The notes under the pieces are model-generated. The model was not told where the DNA came from. It made no database searches and saw only the letters and a program-made list of their open reading frames with translations. A DNA stretch of 64,000 bases from Cyanophyceae cyanobacterium (GTDB lineage Bacteria > Cyanobacteriota > Cyanobacteriia > Cyanobacteriales > Laspinemataceae): assembly GCA_038321985.1 (NCBI GenBank), contig JBBQFN010000002.1:64001-128000 (forward strand), in the 5' to 3' direction. Both the position numbers and the translations under genes were made by a program. The stretch's first letter is position 1, and the number at the start of each line of letters is the position of its first letter. Below are positions 61,941 to 64,000 of the stretch, piece by piece.

Positions 61941-62771
61941 ATGAGAATGGGTGAAGAGTGGGATAGTAATCGCCGGGAATTGACTGCGGCATTGGCGCGA
62001 GATTACTCAATTTTAAAAGTAGAAAACCTGAAGGTTTACCGAGGTAACTATACCGCCTTGCGGGATGTTTCCTTTGAATTGCAGTCGGGAACAAACGTAG
62101 CGGTAGTTGGCCCGAATGGCGCGGGAAAAAGTACCTTAGTTCAAGCAATTTTAGGGTTAATTCCGCGTAGTTCCGGCGAGATTGAAATCATGGGAAGACC
62201 CTTAGAAAAGTTGGGACAGTTGCGATCGCACCTGGGTTATATCCCCCAAACTTTTTTATTTGATCGTACCTTTCCGATTTCTGTTGGAGAAGTCGTCAGC
62301 CTCGGATGGCAGAAACGGGAACGGCTTTCCCTCTCTCTAACGGGTAGATTTCCCGGGCAGTCAACCCCCGAGAAAGATATAGCAGTCACTTCGGCATTGC
62401 GCCGAGTTGATGCCTTGCATTTGCGCCATCGGGCAGTCGGGGCGCTGAGTGGGGGACAACTAAAGCGGGTGTTACTCGCCTATTGTTTAGTGATGTCTCG
62501 CCAATTGTTAGTTTTAGATGAAGCCTTAGCGGGGGTAGATGTCCAGGGAGAAGCCGATTTTTACAACTTATTAAATGAGTTAAAAAGCGAGCAAAATTGG
62601 ACAGTTTTGCAGGTCTCTCATGACCTAAATATGGTCAGTCGCCATTGCGATCGCGTGATTTGTATCAATCAAACCCTAGTCTGTAGCGGTGCGCCAGATA
62701 TTGCCCTTGCCCCGCAAAATTTATTAGCGACTTATGGACCTGCTTTTGCTCCCTATCATCATGATCATTAA
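61941..62771 (+). CDS. znuC: Metal ABC transporter ATP-binding protein (start uncertain)
   Basis: GPNGAGKST, LSGGQ, VLDE, VSHDL; His-rich C-terminus. Confidence 0.9.
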   Translation: MRMGEEWDSNRRELTAALARDYSILKVENLKVYRGNYTALRDVSFELQSGTNVAVVGPNGAGKSTLVQAILGLIPRSSGEIEIMGRPLEKLGQLRSHLGYIPQTFLFDRTFPISVGEVVSLGWQKRERLSLSLTGRFPGQSTPEKDIAVTSALRRVDALHLRHRAVGALSGGQLKRVLLAYCLVMSRQLLVLDEALAGVDVQGEADFYNLLNELKSEQNWTVLQVSHDLNMVSRHCDRVICINQTLVCSGAPDIALAPQNLLATYGPAFAPYHHDH

Positions 62772-62807
62772 AGAGAGGATGAGGGAAATCGGGAGGATGG
62801 GGGAGAA

Positions 62808-62900
62808 GTTTGTAGTAACGACTTTAATCGTTATCCCCTCTTAGTTTGTAGTAACGACTTCAGTCGTTTCTTAAGTTCGGTTTCAGGACTTTAGTCGTTT
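62808..62900. repeat. Cluster of GTAGTAACGACTTCAGTCGTT-type hairpin repeats
   Basis: Three degenerate units; same family as 15383-15503. Confidence 0.8.
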
Positions 62901-62921
62901 CCTGCCTTTCCCCTTCATCCC

Positions 62922-63332
62922 TCATTCTTCATCCAAATGTTCCGTCACTGCCTCATAGAGACTGACTACATGATTGTCCTGAAGTCGATAATAGACCCGG
63001 CGTCCTTCTTTGCGGTAACTAACGAGGCGAATTGCCTTTAAATTTCGTAATTGATGGGAAACCGCCGATTCAGTCATTTGCACAATTTCAGCTAATTCAT
63101 GAACGCAGAGTTCCTTTAATGCTAATGCGGAAATGATTCGCAAGCGATTGGCATCCCCTAGAAAGCTAAAAAATTCGGCCATTCGTTGGGCTTTATTTTC
63201 ATTCAGTAGCTGATTTTGGAGGGGATGGAGATTGTCTAGGTCGATCGCGTGTTCAGAAGTGCATTCGAGTTCATCATGGGTTTCCCCAGAAGTGGCGACT
63301 GCCGTTTTATCGGTAGAATAGTTAACTGCCAT
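62922..63332 (-). CDS. smtB: ArsR/SmtB family zinc-sensing repressor (SmtB/AzuR-like)
   Basis: ELCVHELA, SAVSHQLR, alpha5 site DNHV...EHLDE. Confidence 0.9.
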   Translation of the reverse strand: MAVNYSTDKTAVATSGETHDELECTSEHAIDLDNLHPLQNQLLNENKAQRMAEFFSFLGDANRLRIISALALKELCVHELAEIVQMTESAVSHQLRNLKAIRLVSYRKEGRRVYYRLQDNHVVSLYEAVTEHLDEE

Positions 63333-63368
63333 AATTTTGGTGTAGGGAAAATATCACTAGAAAACTTG

Positions 63369-63394
63369 AATACTTGATTATTCTTTCAGATATT
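63369..63394. promoter_or_regulatory. SmtB-type 12-2-12 operator
   Basis: AATACTTGATTA-TT-CTTTCAGATATT between divergent smtB and znuB. Confidence 0.65.
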
Positions 63395-63395
63395 A

Positions 63396-64000
63396 ATGAT
63401 GATAACGAATTTGTTAGAAATCTTCAACTCCTGCGCCGGATATTTACAAGTTGGGAATACGGCTGTCGCAAACTTACTCGACTTGGTGAGTTTCCCCTTT
63501 ATGCAGCGGGCGATCGCGGGTGGGGTCTTGATGGGAATGTTGGGGGGATTCCTGGGGACTTTTGTTATTTTGCGCCAACTCTCATTTTTTAGTCACGCGG
63601 TGGGACATTCGGCGTTAGTGGGAGTCGTCTTAGGGGTCTTGTTGCAGGTAGATCCCAATTGGACCCTGTTGCCGTTTACCCTTTTATTTGGACTGTCATC
63701 GCTGTATTTAATTGAAAGAACTAAATTACCGAGTGATAGCGTGTTTAGTATTGCTGTCTCGGGTGCTTTGGCGATTGGAATTATTTTGACCAGTTTTATC
63801 CCAGGATATCGGGGTAATTTAATGGCGGTTTTATTTGGAGACATTCTGGCGATCGGGAATATTGATATTCTCTTAATTCTCCTTTTATTAGGGGTAAGTT
63901 GTGCTTTTTTATTTTCAACTTGGCGGCAGCAAATTTTACTGACTCTTAGTCCGGAATTAGCCCAAATTCAGGGGGTTTCAGTTAATCTTTATCGATATTT
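63396..64000 (+). CDS. znuB: Metal ABC transporter permease (runs off the window end; absent from the ORF track)
   Basis: Hand translation includes FPFMQRAIAGG, RQLSFFSHAVGHSAL, LFGDILAI. Confidence 0.9.
   Translation, partial: MMITNLLEIFNSCAGYLQVGNTAVANLLDLVSFPFMQRAIAGGVLMGMLGGFLGTFVILRQLSFFSHAVGHSALVGVVLGVLLQVDPNWTLLPFTLLFGLSSLYLIERTKLPSDSVFSIAVSGALAIGIILTSFIPGYRGNLMAVLFGDILAIGNIDILLILLLLGVSCAFLFSTWRQQILLTLSPELAQIQGVSVNLYRY

Overview
This is a chromosomal window from a cyanobacterium: HIP1 (GCGATCGC) is very frequent, and psbO, psb28, glnB and an acsF-like gene are present. Gene content and repeat style suggest a filamentous, probably non-heterocystous Oscillatoriales strain (inference only). 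Most of the window is housekeeping and signalling genes: an HstK-type kinase/AAA/GAF/His-kinase, an S8 protease, mutL, murF, lgt, cobM, dnaG, queA, rpmF (missed by the ORF track), glnB, rdgB, a phosphohexomutase, psbO, a kinase-WD40 protein, a MATE pump and a znuA-znuC/smtB/znuB zinc locus. The most interesting signals are as follows. (1) Two dispersed ~50-nt minus-strand units share GTAGATGCACCCTG plus an intrinsic terminator and resemble the heterocyst sRNA NsiR1; one has a DIF1-type TCCGGA at about -35 and the other a HetR-box-like palindrome. (2) A small AT-rich islet carries tetR, a membrane gene, an intact IS630 and a highly diverged acsF paralog. (3) A glutamine (glnA-type) riboswitch precedes an uncharacterised 68-aa membrane peptide. 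(4) There are two clear pseudogenes: mazF with a single nonsense codon, and cyanoglobin with an internal deletion. (5) The hybrid kinase has a pseudokinase domain. (6) Several dispersed palindromic repeat families occur. No rRNA, tRNA or CRISPR array was recognised. All family calls come from motif recognition, not database searches.
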